From a virus (lineage: Duplodnaviria > Caudoviricetes), in the IMG/VR virus record IMGVR_UViG_3300044728_000138, positions 1-29,567 of that record: a stretch of DNA of 29,567 bases. The stretch is one strand, 5' to 3'. Shown here in pieces: positions 17,460-26,295 of the stretch (the first letter of the stretch is position 1; each line of letters begins with the position of its first letter). Below the pieces are notes generated by a model, which had not been told where the DNA came from, did no database searches, and was given only the letters and a program-made list of their open reading frames with translations. The translations under genes and the position numbers were made by a program.

Positions 17460-19291
17460 TGTCCTCTCGCAACGTCGCCTCCCTCGATCGCAGGCTCCAG
17501 GAAGTTCTGAATGACCTGTACGATCGCGTCAGACGGGTAGAGCGCCGCCGTCCGACAGGCACTGGGTCCGGGGTCTGTGACTGCGAGGACGGCGCCGAAG
17601 GGCCTCCAGGAGCGGACGGGGCTGATGGGCCCGCAGGACCCGCAGGAGCCGCAGGAGCCGACGGTGCCCCAGGAGCGGTCGGTGCTGATGGCGCCGACGG
17701 GACTGATGGCGGTTGGGGTGGAGCCGTCACCATCCCCTACCACTTCTCCACCACGACCACGAACTCTGACCCCGGCTCCGGCAACCTGCGACTTGACAAC
17801 GCCACCCAGACGTCGGCCGTCACGCTGCGCGCCAACGTGCTGGACGTGAACGCGGCGTCGTGGGAAACGATGCTTGACGCGATGGACTTTCCGACGTCCA
17901 CGCCGAAGGGCTACCTCCGGCTGGTCCGCGACGCCGACCCGACCGACTGGATGCTTTGGGAACTCCAAAGCGTCGACTCTTCCTCGGGCTACCGCAACAT
18001 CGGCATCAACCTCGTCGAGGTCGGGAACCAAGCTGGTGCCTCCCCCTTCGTCAATGGCGAGTTGGTCTACCTCCTCTACGACCGCAACGGCGATGCGGGG
18101 GCCGACGGGGCCGACGGCACGACCGCCACTTCGATCGTGGCCTCCGCTGTCCGCACCTCCTCGGGCGCGACTGGCGTCACGACCATCACCGACATCACGG
18201 GGGCGTCGGCCACCTTCACCGCCGTCGCTGGTCGGCAGTACGAGATCACCGCACAGGCGATGGCAGCGAAAGTCTCTGGCTCCCCAACACGGTGGGGACT
18301 GCGGCTCATCAGGGGCTCTACGACAATCGCGGAAGATGACCAGGCCATTACAGCGACCGGGAACATGGGCGCCACGATCGTGGCCATCGACACCCCCGGT
18401 GCCGGGTCCGTGACCTACAAGCTCGCCCTGCTTCCTGATGCCGGGACGATCGACCACGTCGCCGCCGCTACCGCTCCCACGTATCTCATCGTCAAGGATT
18501 TGACCGGCGGTGCGACGACCGGCGCGATCACCACCGCCGCTCCCCTCGGTGCCCCCGGCACAGCGAACCTGGTCCGCTCCTACAAGGGCGTCATGTTCAT
18601 GGACACCGGGAACTACTGGTGGCCGATGGGCGGGGCGATGGAGCAGGTCCAGTCCGAGTGGACGCACTTCTTCAACAACGATGCCCAGAAGGGCGAGCTC
18701 CAGTCGAGTGCCTCCGGCACCGGCGCAGCGGTGAACGCTGGCACGGCAGCGGCTGGAGCCCAGGGCGTCGTGTCGCTCGACGCTGGTACCACGAGCACTG
18801 GGCGAGCGGGCTACGCGGCAGGCCAGTCGAACGCCCTGCGAGGCACCGCCGACAAACTCATGCACATCCACGCCCGGGTGCGCTTCCCGACGCTCTCTAC
18901 CTCAGGTGAGCGCTACTACTTCACGATGGGCTTCCTCTCGTCGCTCACCGGCATCCCGGGGGACGGCTTCTACTTTCGCTACGACGAGTCGGTCAACGCG
19001 AACTGGTACGCGGTGGTGGTCAACAACACCGTCGGCACCGCAGGCGTGAACACTGGGGTGGCCGTGGCGGCCAACAGCTTCCAGAAGCTCCGCATCGAGA
19101 TCGACGAGCCGAACGTCTCGGCCAAGTTCTACATCGCTGACTCGCTAGTCAGCACGATCACGACGAACTTCCCGGGCTCCACCAGGGACTTCGGCCCGGT
19201 GATCAACATGCGGAAGACCGTCGGCACTACCTCAAGAACCTGCGACGTCGACTACTTCGGCTACTGGAGCCTGATGACCACCACGGTCTGA
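17459..19291 (+). CDS. Minor tail/fibre protein with collagen-like segment and C-terminal beta-sandwich (receptor-binding candidate)
   Basis: ATG 17459 (TGATG coupling), 610 aa. N-terminal coiled coil (L..L..RVRRVER), 13 Gly-X-Y triplets, then beta-rich domains ending in ...F.KLRIEID...KFYI...DVDYF. Confidence 0.75.
   Translation: MSSRNVASLDRRLQEVLNDLYDRVRRVERRRPTGTGSGVCDCEDGAEGPPGADGADGPAGPAGAAGADGAPGAVGADGADGTDGGWGGAVTIPYHFSTTTTNSDPGSGNLRLDNATQTSAVTLRANVLDVNAASWETMLDAMDFPTSTPKGYLRLVRDADPTDWMLWELQSVDSSSGYRNIGINLVEVGNQAGASPFVNGELVYLLYDRNGDAGADGADGTTATSIVASAVRTSSGATGVTTITDITGASATFTAVAGRQYEITAQAMAAKVSGSPTRWGLRLIRGSTTIAEDDQAITATGNMGATIVAIDTPGAGSVTYKLALLPDAGTIDHVAAATAPTYLIVKDLTGGATTGAITTAAPLGAPGTANLVRSYKGVMFMDTGNYWWPMGGAMEQVQSEWTHFFNNDAQKGELQSSASGTGAAVNAGTAAAGAQGVVSLDAGTTSTGRAGYAAGQSNALRGTADKLMHIHARVRFPTLSTSGERYYFTMGFLSSLTGIPGDGFYFRYDESVNANWYAVVVNNTVGTAGVNTGVAVAANSFQKLRIEIDEPNVSAKFYIADSLVSTITTNFPGSTRDFGPVINMRKTVGTTSRTCDVDYFGYWSLMTTTV
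17591..17707 (+). repeat. Collagen-like (Gly-X-Y)13 coding repeat
   Basis: GAE GPP GAD GAD GPA GPA GAA GAD GAP GAV GAD GAD GTD. Confidence 0.9.
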
Positions 19292-19325
19292 GCCGTGGCC
19301 CTCGCGGGGGGCCTGCCCGTACTCT
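19288..19325 (+). promoter_or_regulatory. Putative phage late promoter, copy 4 (leaderless transcript of fibre module)
   Basis: CTGAGCCGTGGCCCT (19288-19302), 17-nt spacer, TACTCT (19320-19325). The ATG at 19332 follows 6 nt later with no RBS. Confidence 0.6.
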
Positions 19326-19331
19326 TCGGCC

Positions 19332-19697
19332 ATGCCCACCGCGAGTGATCTCCTGGGGACGACCAGTGCCCTGGTGAAGGACATCGAGATCATTCGCGGC
19401 GACGACAAGGTCATCAACATCACCTGGATCTACTGCTCCACCCGCGAGCCCTACAACTGGACCGGCTGGGAGTTCGCGGCCAAGATCAAGTCCGCGGTTG
19501 ACGGCGTGACCTGGGCGGACGCTGTCGTCACCCATGACGGCACGGGGGGCAAGATCACCATTCTCTTCTCCCGGTCGGACACCGTCGCGATGGACCCTGG
19601 CGACGAGGGCCGCTGGGATCTCCAGGGCACCGACCCGACGGCTCTTGTCCGCACGATCCTGCGCGGCGGCGTCTCCGTCGTCGGCGACATCACATAG
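19332..19697 (+). CDS. Small Ig-like virion protein (BppU-N/LtfC-like adaptor)
   Basis: 121 aa with the I.I.RGDD...P.N.TG....A.IK...G.ITI...T......WDLQ.......T.LRG.V.V..DIT pattern. Confidence 0.6.
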   Translation: MPTASDLLGTTSALVKDIEIIRGDDKVINITWIYCSTREPYNWTGWEFAAKIKSAVDGVTWADAVVTHDGTGGKITILFSRSDTVAMDPGDEGRWDLQGTDPTALVRTILRGGVSVVGDIT

Positions 19698-19705
19698 GAG
19701 GCCCG

Positions 19706-19831
19706 GTGGAACCAGACACTGACACCGACATTGACTTCGCCGACTTCTTCGTCAACGCCAAGGTCGAAGCTCGCGGCACCGTCACCAACCCCTCGGCTCC
19801 AGCCGATGAAGCAGAAGGAGGGGTCGAATGA
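19706..19831 (+). CDS. Small acidic protein (41 aa), absent from ORF track
   Basis: AGGAGG at 19696-19701, GTG 19706. Reads MEPDTDTDIDFADFFVNAKVEARGTVTNPSAPADEAEGGVE; its stop overlaps the next start (ATGA). Confidence 0.6.
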   Translation: MEPDTDTDIDFADFFVNAKVEARGTVTNPSAPADEAEGGVE

Positions 19832-20223
19832 CCCTGGGCATCAACGTCACCACTCGCAACGCCATGCTTGACGCGATCACCACTCGCGCGGGCGCCTCGG
19901 CGTTGCTGCGGATCTACGACGGCACGCAGCCGGCGACTGGCGGCACCGCCACGACGTTGCTGGCCGAGTTGACCTGCAACGCGACCTTCGCGCCGGGCGC
20001 GTCGTCCGGGGTCCTCACCCTGAACGCCATCACGTCGGACACCTCCGCCAATGCCACTGGCACGGCGACCTGGTTCCGCATCGTGCAGTCCGGCGGCTCG
20101 ACCCACGTCCTCGACGGCACCGTCGGCACGTCGGGAGCGGACCTCAACCTGAACACGGTCTCGATCGTGTCTGGCGCCACCGTGGCGGTCTCCTCCTTCA
20201 CCATCACCGCCGGCAACGCGTAG
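19828..20223 (+). CDS. Small beta-rich virion/fibre subunit (131 aa)
   Basis: RNAMLDA...LRIY.GTQP...LLA...ATGTATWFRI...DG.VG.SGADL.LN..SI..G..V...S..IT is a widespread phage structural family. Strong GAAGGAGG RBS. Confidence 0.7.
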   Translation: MTLGINVTTRNAMLDAITTRAGASALLRIYDGTQPATGGTATTLLAELTCNATFAPGASSGVLTLNAITSDTSANATGTATWFRIVQSGGSTHVLDGTVGTSGADLNLNTVSIVSGATVAVSSFTITAGNA

Positions 20224-20231
20224 GCCCCGTC

Positions 20232-20471
20232 GTGCCGACGGCGGTCCAGCAGGACATCAACGCCCTTCAGCAGGACGTCGCTGCTCTACGTCGCCGGATC
20301 AGAGCGCTTGAGGATCTCCAGATCGAGAGCAAGTTGCGCCAGTGCGACGCCGAGTTCACGCGGCTGCGCGGCGTCGAGGACCAGACCAACGCGTTCAAGA
20401 CGGAGGCGATCGCACGGATCGCGGCGCTGGAGGCAGCGCTCGATGGCTTGGACCCTACGGTGGTGGCCTGA
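20232..20471 (+). CDS. Small coiled-coil protein (79 aa)
   Basis: Heptad pattern (INALQQDVAALRRRIRALE...RIAALEAAL). Fills the gap in the + strand gene chain. Confidence 0.7.
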   Translation: MPTAVQQDINALQQDVAALRRRIRALEDLQIESKLRQCDAEFTRLRGVEDQTNAFKTEAIARIAALEAALDGLDPTVVA

Positions 20472-20473
20472 TC

Positions 20474-20650
20474 GTGGTCACCGAAGCCGAGATCTTCACC
20501 CGGAGAGATGCCCTCCACGCAGCGGCGCACTCGAACCGCGGTGGTGGCGGCCTTTACGACGTGGACATCTTCAGCCTCAATCTTCGCGCTGACGGGTTTC
20601 CCAACCTCATCGCAGTCCAGACGTTCGTCGATCTCCAGGTGGGCCCATGA
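20474..20650 (+). CDS. Hypothetical protein (58 aa)
   Basis: GTG 20474, 2 nt after the previous stop. Its stop overlaps the next ATG (ATGA). Confidence 0.55.
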   Translation: MVTEAEIFTRRDALHAAAHSNRGGGGLYDVDIFSLNLRADGFPNLIAVQTFVDLQVGP

Positions 20651-21105
20651 CCTCCCTCAACCTCGCCACCCTCACCGGAGCCTCAACGGGACTCACCACG
20701 GCGTCCACGGCCTACTCCGACGGCGACCAGCTCGGGGCGATCATCTCGATGAACGTCGGGGCGACGAACATCATCATCACGAACGCTGTCCTCGTCGACA
20801 AAGCCGACATCATCGGCGCCGTCGACTGCTTCATCTGGGACCGTTCGGTCACCCTCGCCTCCGACAACGCCGCCGGCCCGGCCGTGTCTGACGCCGATGC
20901 TCTGTTCTGCCTCGGGGTCATCAACTTCCCCTACCCGATCGACCAAGGCGCCTCCCGTATCTCGTCGATCGACTCGCTGGCCATCGGCGCCGTCGCCAAC
21001 GCGTCGACCACGATCTACCTGTCGCTCGTCACCCGGTCGGCGCACACGTTCTTCGGGGCAGCCGGTGACCTCCAGGTCAGGATCACTTACACCAAGGACG
21101 CCTAG
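20647..21105 (+). CDS. Hypothetical beta-rich virion protein (152 aa)
   Basis: Codon usage matches neighbours, coupled overlaps on both sides, beta-strand pattern (AYS.GD..G...SDNA...SDAD...GVI.F). Confidence 0.65.
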   Translation: MTSLNLATLTGASTGLTTASTAYSDGDQLGAIISMNVGATNIIITNAVLVDKADIIGAVDCFIWDRSVTLASDNAAGPAVSDADALFCLGVINFPYPIDQGASRISSIDSLAIGAVANASTTIYLSLVTRSAHTFFGAAGDLQVRITYTKDA

Positions 21106-21818
21106 TGGCGCGGACGTTCACCAACGACGGCTCCGCCAACGACACGGTCAAGGTCACCGCGCAGGGGTTCACCGCGTGGGGGTACGGGACGCTGGCGTGT
21201 GTGGTGCGGCTCGCCAGCCTGAACGCATCCCACGCTCGCAGCCTCATGCTCATCGGGACCGACGCTCAGGACTTCGTCGAGTTCTACGTCAACGTCTCGA
21301 GCGCCAACAATCTGGGGTTCTGGAACGGATCAGCGAACGTGCACATGCCCTACACGTCCGTCACCAACGCCTGGTACGTGATGGCGATCACGAAGGCGAC
21401 CGGGACAACTACCCCTCGAGGTCACATCTTCGACTTCGCTGCTGGTACGTGGACGCACACTAACGCCGGTGGGACCTCTGTGGACCCGACGGGGACCGGT
21501 GCCACCCAGCACGGTACGTTCGGTGACTCGTCTGGCGCTGAGCTCGACGCGTTCGACGGTCAGTACTTGGCGATGGCGGCGTGGAAGTCACGGGCGATGA
21601 CCGACTCCGAGTGTGAGCGGTTGCCCCGCGGCCTGTGGGACATCTGGAACCCGGACCTGCTGCTCGAGTTTCCGTCCGGTCGCGACAACCTGACCCGCAC
21701 TTCGATCGACTGTTCCCGCAACCGGATGCGCCAGGCAACAAGCGGGTCGTCGGTCACGCGGGGCAACGTCATCGGCCCACCAGGGTTCCGGCTGTCAGCA
21801 CTCAACCGTAGGCGGTAA
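21105..21818 (+). CDS. LamG/concanavalin A-like domain protein
   Basis: 237 aa with T.A..VR, W...AIT and FDG.....A.W..A.TDSE...L motifs of LamG-like jelly rolls. Confidence 0.65.
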   Translation: MARTFTNDGSANDTVKVTAQGFTAWGYGTLACVVRLASLNASHARSLMLIGTDAQDFVEFYVNVSSANNLGFWNGSANVHMPYTSVTNAWYVMAITKATGTTTPRGHIFDFAAGTWTHTNAGGTSVDPTGTGATQHGTFGDSSGAELDAFDGQYLAMAAWKSRAMTDSECERLPRGLWDIWNPDLLLEFPSGRDNLTRTSIDCSRNRMRQATSGSSVTRGNVIGPPGFRLSALNRRR

Positions 21819-21820
21819 CG

Positions 21821-24130
21821 ATGGCGCACGGTCCTGGCGGTCCTATCGCCGTTCTGGTCGCGGCCGTAGAGAATCGCGCGGTCACCGGGTCCACTGGCAC
21901 CGTCGCAGTCACCCTTGCGAACTTCACTGGGGCAGCCAGCGGTGAAGAGACGATCACTGGCACGAGTGCGCGAACTCTGGCCAACTTCACGGGCGCGGCG
22001 TCCGGCACGGTGGCCAACCCGGTCACCGGCACCGTTGCGGTAACGCTGGAGAACTTCACCGCGGCTGGGCTTGGCTCGGGGATCATCACCGGGACGAGCG
22101 CGGTCACCCTCGCGAACTTCACGTCGGCTGCCACGGGGGCCGAGACAATCACCGGTACGGTGGCGCGAACTCTGGCCAACTTCACGAGCACGGCCAGCGG
22201 CACTGGAGCCAACCCGGTCACCGGCACGGTGGCGCGAACCTTGGCGAACTTCACGAGTTCTGCCAGTGCCACCGAATACGTCCTCATCGACGAGTTCTCT
22301 GGCTCGTCGATCGACTCGACCCTCTGGGACGTCTATAACCGGATCGGCGACGAGGTCAACGGCGAGGTCAACGCCGTCATCCCGGCCAATGTCCGGGTGT
22401 CGTCCGGCACGCTCAAGATCGACTCGAAGTTCGAGGACGTCGTCACCCAGGACACCGACACGGCCCCGACCACGGTTCACTACACGTCGGGGCAGATCGC
22501 CCAGAAGAGGTTGCCGTTCAAGTACGGCGATGTCCGGGTCCGGGCGCAGATACCGGGTGGCACCGGGCTGTGGCCGTGCATCTGGATGCTGGGCTACAAG
22601 TGGCAGGCGTCTCAGCCCTACAACGCGAATGTCACCGGCGCGGACTGGCCGAACGACGGCTGGTGCGAGGTCGACATCGCCGAGTTCATGTTCAACCATC
22701 GCAACGATGTCAACACGTCATTGCATTGGAATACCCCTGGCTCTACCGAAGAGCGGGCCTTGCCGTTCGACGCGACGACCCGGTTCATGGTGTACCGGTT
22801 GTTGTGGACACCCACGTCGCTGACTTGGTACGTCGACGCCGAGGATGGCAACGGATTCGTCACACTCCGCACCGTCACCGGTACCGCCGGCGTGGATATC
22901 CCGAACGTCGCGACGTATCTAATCATTCACACGGCGATCGGTGGCACGGGCGGCGGCACTCCCGTCTCGGGGACCTTCCCGCAGACGATGGAAGTCGACT
23001 ACGCCAGGATTCTCGCCACCAGCGACACCGTCATTCCGCCGATGGCGGCCGTGGTCCTCCAGAACTTCACCAGCTCGGCCTCGGGCACCTCGGGGATCTC
23101 GATCTCCGGTACGTCGGCCACCACCCTCGCGAACTTCACGGGGGCCGCATCCGGCACCGAGACGATCACGGGCACAGTCGCTGCCACTCTCGCCAACCTC
23201 ACGTCGAGCGCCTCGGGCACAGAGACGATCACCGGGACGAGCGCGGTAACCCTCGCGAACTTCACGGGCGCGGCCAGTGGCACCGAGACGATCACGGGCA
23301 CCGTTGCTGCGACCCTCCAGAACTTCACCGGTTCGGCGTCTGGTCTGGCAGACATCGTTGGCACGAGCGCGGTCACCCTCGCGAATTTCACGTCGGCCGC
23401 CACGGGGTCCGAGACAATCACAGGCTCCTCGGCCACCACGCTCCAGAACTTCTCGTCGACGGCGTCTGGTCTGGCAGACATCACCGGAACCGTCGCGGTA
23501 ACCCTCGCGAACTTCACAGGGGCGGCTTCCGGGTCGATCACGAACCCCGGCAGCAACGGCGCCTCGGTTCTCCAGGACTTCACGGGGGCTGCCTCCGGCT
23601 CCGTAGTCTTCACAGGCACCTCGGCCACGACCCTCCAGAACTTCACGTCCGCTGCATCCGGCACCGAGGCCATCTCGGGCTCTGCGGCCGTAACGCTCGC
23701 CCCCTTCACGTCATCGACGACGGGCACCGAGACGATCACAGGCAGCGTCGCGGTCGCACTGGCGAACTTCGCAGCGTCCGCCGTTGGCTCCGAGTCGTTC
23801 ATCGGCACCGTGGCCCGGACGCTCGCCAACTTCATCTGCGCCGCCACCGGCACCTCGCTGAGCGCGGGCGGTTCGGCCGCCGTCACTCTCCAGAACTTCG
23901 TGGCGGCCGGCGTCGGCGTCGTGACGAACCCACCTGGAGGACTGGGGGACCGGCTGCCGTTCGACGACAACGTTGTTGTGATGATCGGCGGCAGCTTCAA
24001 CACCTCGGCGATCATCGGTCAGATCCGTCTCGGGACGACGGTCACCGGAGACGATGACACGGTCCTCATCGTCGACCGACAGGCCCAACGCCACACAACC
24101 TTCGACGAATGGACCGTGCTCCTGCCCTAG
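21821..24130 (+). CDS. Repeat-containing fibre protein with internal GH16 glycoside hydrolase domain
   Basis: 769 aa with 20 copies of a 21-23 aa TGTxAxTLxNFTxxASGxETI repeat (6 before and 14 after the insert). Insert at about 22274-23011 has DEF.G, YTSG.I, F.YG....RA..P.G.GLWP.IWML, EVDIAE, F.VY.L.WTP....WYVD and FPQTMEVDY.R. Confidence 0.85.
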   Translation: MAHGPGGPIAVLVAAVENRAVTGSTGTVAVTLANFTGAASGEETITGTSARTLANFTGAASGTVANPVTGTVAVTLENFTAAGLGSGIITGTSAVTLANFTSAATGAETITGTVARTLANFTSTASGTGANPVTGTVARTLANFTSSASATEYVLIDEFSGSSIDSTLWDVYNRIGDEVNGEVNAVIPANVRVSSGTLKIDSKFEDVVTQDTDTAPTTVHYTSGQIAQKRLPFKYGDVRVRAQIPGGTGLWPCIWMLGYKWQASQPYNANVTGADWPNDGWCEVDIAEFMFNHRNDVNTSLHWNTPGSTEERALPFDATTRFMVYRLLWTPTSLTWYVDAEDGNGFVTLRTVTGTAGVDIPNVATYLIIHTAIGGTGGGTPVSGTFPQTMEVDYARILATSDTVIPPMAAVVLQNFTSSASGTSGISISGTSATTLANFTGAASGTETITGTVAATLANLTSSASGTETITGTSAVTLANFTGAASGTETITGTVAATLQNFTGSASGLADIVGTSAVTLANFTSAATGSETITGSSATTLQNFSSTASGLADITGTVAVTLANFTGAASGSITNPGSNGASVLQDFTGAASGSVVFTGTSATTLQNFTSAASGTEAISGSAAVTLAPFTSSTTGTETITGSVAVALANFAASAVGSESFIGTVARTLANFICAATGTSLSAGGSAAVTLQNFVAAGVGVVTNPPGGLGDRLPFDDNVVVMIGGSFNTSAIIGQIRLGTTVTGDDDTVLIVDRQAQRHTTFDEWTVLLP
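21884..23930 (+). repeat. Imperfect 63-69 bp coding tandem repeats in two blocks flanking GH16
   Basis: Recurrent ACCCTCGCGAACTTCAC and GGCACCGAGACGATCAC. Duplicated stretches include GCCAACCCGGTCACCGGCAC and GTCTGGTCTGGCAGACATC. Confidence 0.85.
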
Positions 24131-24171
24131 ATCCCGGTGTGCACTGCTGTCTGACGCTACGGTGTGTACTC

Positions 24172-25068
24172 GTGGCTTCCCTCGCACCGCCTTACCACCC
24201 GGTCTCCTCGTGGCAGGACGGCCGCTATCCGGTCCAATCCTCGGAGGCGCCGATCCCGTCGAGGCAGCGCTACCAGGTCATCCACTGGCCGGGCGCGGCG
24301 AACTCGACACTGGCTCAGGCGCCTGGCCCTCAGTTCAACGCCGAGATGGTCCGGTTGCTCCGAGGCGAGCAGCAGTCCTATGTCCTCGGCCGCGGCTACT
24401 CGCTCGGCTACAACTGGTGCGTCGCTCCTGACGACATCGACGGCTGGGCGAGCGTCTGGGAGATTCGGGGCTCGCGCTACCGCTGCGCAGCCAACGGTGA
24501 CGCCACCACCAACATCTTCGGCCAGGCCATCCAACTCAAGACGCCGAGTTACCGTCGAGCGACGCCTGCCCAGGTCCGCTCGGTGCAGTGGATCATCGCC
24601 ACCCAGATCCGCAACCTCGCCCCGGGCGCGCAGATCATCGTCGGTCACAACCAGGTCCGCCCTGAGCCCACCGCCTGCCCCGACCCGTTCATCCCCGACG
24701 TCAACGAGGGTGTGTTCCAGCCCGTCTACACGCCGCCGCCGCAGGACTGCTATCCGAAGGGCTACGACCCCGAGAAGGGCGACTTCGGCCTCTACCCGTT
24801 CAACCGGTCGAAGCCGCCGCTCGGTCCCGGCTCCGGTTACAAGGACGGCACCCAGTGGCAGCAGCAGTACTGCGAGTACGCGAACTGGGTGATGCGCGTC
24901 AAAGCCGGACGGCCCTACATGAAGCGCTGCGAAGAGGTCGTCTGGACCATCCAGTCGATGGCTGGTCTCATGGACATCCAGAACTTCGTCGGCCGCGTGC
25001 CGACCGGCTGGATGACCATCGAAGACTGGCGCGTCATCGACGTCCTCGCAGGCAACCCCAACCCGTAG
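24172..25068 (+). CDS. Endolysin, N-acetylmuramoyl-L-alanine amidase (Amidase_2 type)
   Basis: Zn-ligand pattern VIHW...LGYNW.V...WEIRG...T.AQ...IVGH.....TACP, then a Pro-rich linker and C-terminal domain. Start GTG 24172 preferred over 24109, which overlaps the upstream gene. Confidence 0.8.
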   Translation: MASLAPPYHPVSSWQDGRYPVQSSEAPIPSRQRYQVIHWPGAANSTLAQAPGPQFNAEMVRLLRGEQQSYVLGRGYSLGYNWCVAPDDIDGWASVWEIRGSRYRCAANGDATTNIFGQAIQLKTPSYRRATPAQVRSVQWIIATQIRNLAPGAQIIVGHNQVRPEPTACPDPFIPDVNEGVFQPVYTPPPQDCYPKGYDPEKGDFGLYPFNRSKPPLGPGSGYKDGTQWQQQYCEYANWVMRVKAGRPYMKRCEEVVWTIQSMAGLMDIQNFVGRVPTGWMTIEDWRVIDVLAGNPNP

Positions 25069-25075
25069 GAGACCG

Positions 25076-25405
25076 ATGTCCTTCAAGACCCAGCACCCCC
25101 TCAAGACCGAGGCCGTCGCCGTGTTCGGCACCCTGGCCGGCGTCGCAGCGGGCGTGACCGCCTGGCTGACCGACGTCCTCGAGCCGTGGGCCCAGGGCCT
25201 CGTGACCGCGGGCGTCGCCTTTGTCGTGGCGCTGATCGCTCGCTTCGTTGTTTGGTCCCAGCGCTCGGTGGATGAGCTTCAAGGCAACCACCTCGATGAC
25301 GAGGAGGTCATCGCCGAGCACGCTGAGCGGATGAACGCCGCGAGCCCGCCGGCGGATCTCTCCAAGCTCACACCGGGTGAGACGATCCACATCGCGGAGG
25401 GCTGA
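25076..25405 (+). CDS. Holin-like membrane protein
   Basis: 109 aa, two hydrophobic helices, KTEAV and AR..V motifs, AGGAG RBS. Lies between the two lysins. Confidence 0.65.
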   Translation: MSFKTQHPLKTEAVAVFGTLAGVAAGVTAWLTDVLEPWAQGLVTAGVAFVVALIARFVVWSQRSVDELQGNHLDDEEVIAEHAERMNAASPPADLSKLTPGETIHIAEG

Positions 25406-26268
25406 TGCCCGAGGCGAAGGTCATCGACATCTCGGTGGCCCAGCTCACCTCCGCGGACATCAAGAGCACGGGCGCGATCGGCGTCGTCCAGTACCTCTCG
25501 CTGCCGGGGACTCGCCCTGGCTTCAACGAGGCGAAGCGGATCAAGAAGCCCGTGTACGACGACCGCCTCGCTTGGGGTCTCGCCGTGGCGCTCGTGTTCC
25601 AGGTCGACAAGGCCGACTACCTCGGCGGCTACGCGAGGGGCTTCGAGTTCGGGCGCGCCAGCCGCGAGCAGTCCACGGCGCTCGGCCATCCTGACTCGGC
25701 TGGCGTGATCCTCTGCGTGCAGGACTCGGGCATCCCGCGCGGCAGCTTCGGCCTCGCCGTCGAACACACGCGGGGCTACGTGGATGGCCGTGGCCTCGGC
25801 CCACAGCCCGCTTACTGCGGCACAGACCTCGGCAACTACCTTGTCGGCGCTGGACTGACGACGTGGCTCTGGCAGCCAGCAGCGGCCTCGTGGTCGACCT
25901 CTCCGAGTCCGCACGTTGCCATGCAGCAGCTCCAATCGAAGTCCTACCCCTGGCCGCCGACGGCCTACGACGAGAACCTGGTGCTCCAGCCCGACTGGGG
26001 CCAGAACCCGCGACCAGGACTCCCACCGCCCCCGCCTGGGGGGCCGAACCTATTGGAGGACGAGATGCTTTGGGCTCGGTTCTACGGCGAGAACCAGGAT
26101 GTGGCCTTCGGCGCCACCGGCTGGCGCTACATCACGCCGGAGCAGCGTGACCAGTTGCTCTTCATGAAGCTGCTGCGGCCGATGGCGGGGACGACCTTCC
26201 CGCAGGTGCTCGGGAACAACCCAGCCGAGGGCGCGCAGTGGAAAGCGCGCTACGCCCAGTTCGGCTGA
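25405..26268 (+). CDS. Second lysin, DUF1906/Rv2525c-like (GH25-related) glycoside hydrolase
   Basis: 287 aa with ID.S, G..GV..YLS, K.I, GL.V.LVFQ, GGY.RG, LG.P....I, W.WQ..A..WS, ..QQ and D.N....DWGQ, then a Pro linker. Confidence 0.75.
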   Translation: MPEAKVIDISVAQLTSADIKSTGAIGVVQYLSLPGTRPGFNEAKRIKKPVYDDRLAWGLAVALVFQVDKADYLGGYARGFEFGRASREQSTALGHPDSAGVILCVQDSGIPRGSFGLAVEHTRGYVDGRGLGPQPAYCGTDLGNYLVGAGLTTWLWQPAAASWSTSPSPHVAMQQLQSKSYPWPPTAYDENLVLQPDWGQNPRPGLPPPPPGGPNLLEDEMLWARFYGENQDVAFGATGWRYITPEQRDQLLFMKLLRPMAGTTFPQVLGNNPAEGAQWKARYAQFG

Positions 26269-26295
26269 TCCCGAGGGGTTGACTAGGTTCCGCTC

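Noticed and set aside
18900-19291. Diversity-generating retroelement target at the fibre C-terminus
   Set aside because: I saw no second near-identical copy differing at adenines and no reverse transcriptase in the window.
21884-23930. 63-69 bp periodic repeats as a CRISPR array
   Set aside because: The repeats are in-frame, degenerate at third codon positions and encode a protein repeat. There are no unique spacers and no cas genes.
855-25131. Many long minus-strand and alternate-frame ORFs (e.g. 855..2252, 2597..4330, 10275..11492, 17195..18871, 22570..24057)
   Set aside because: They are shadows of GC3-rich + strand genes. They overlap coherent phage genes completely and have Arg/Pro/Gly-rich or mirrored composition with no motifs.
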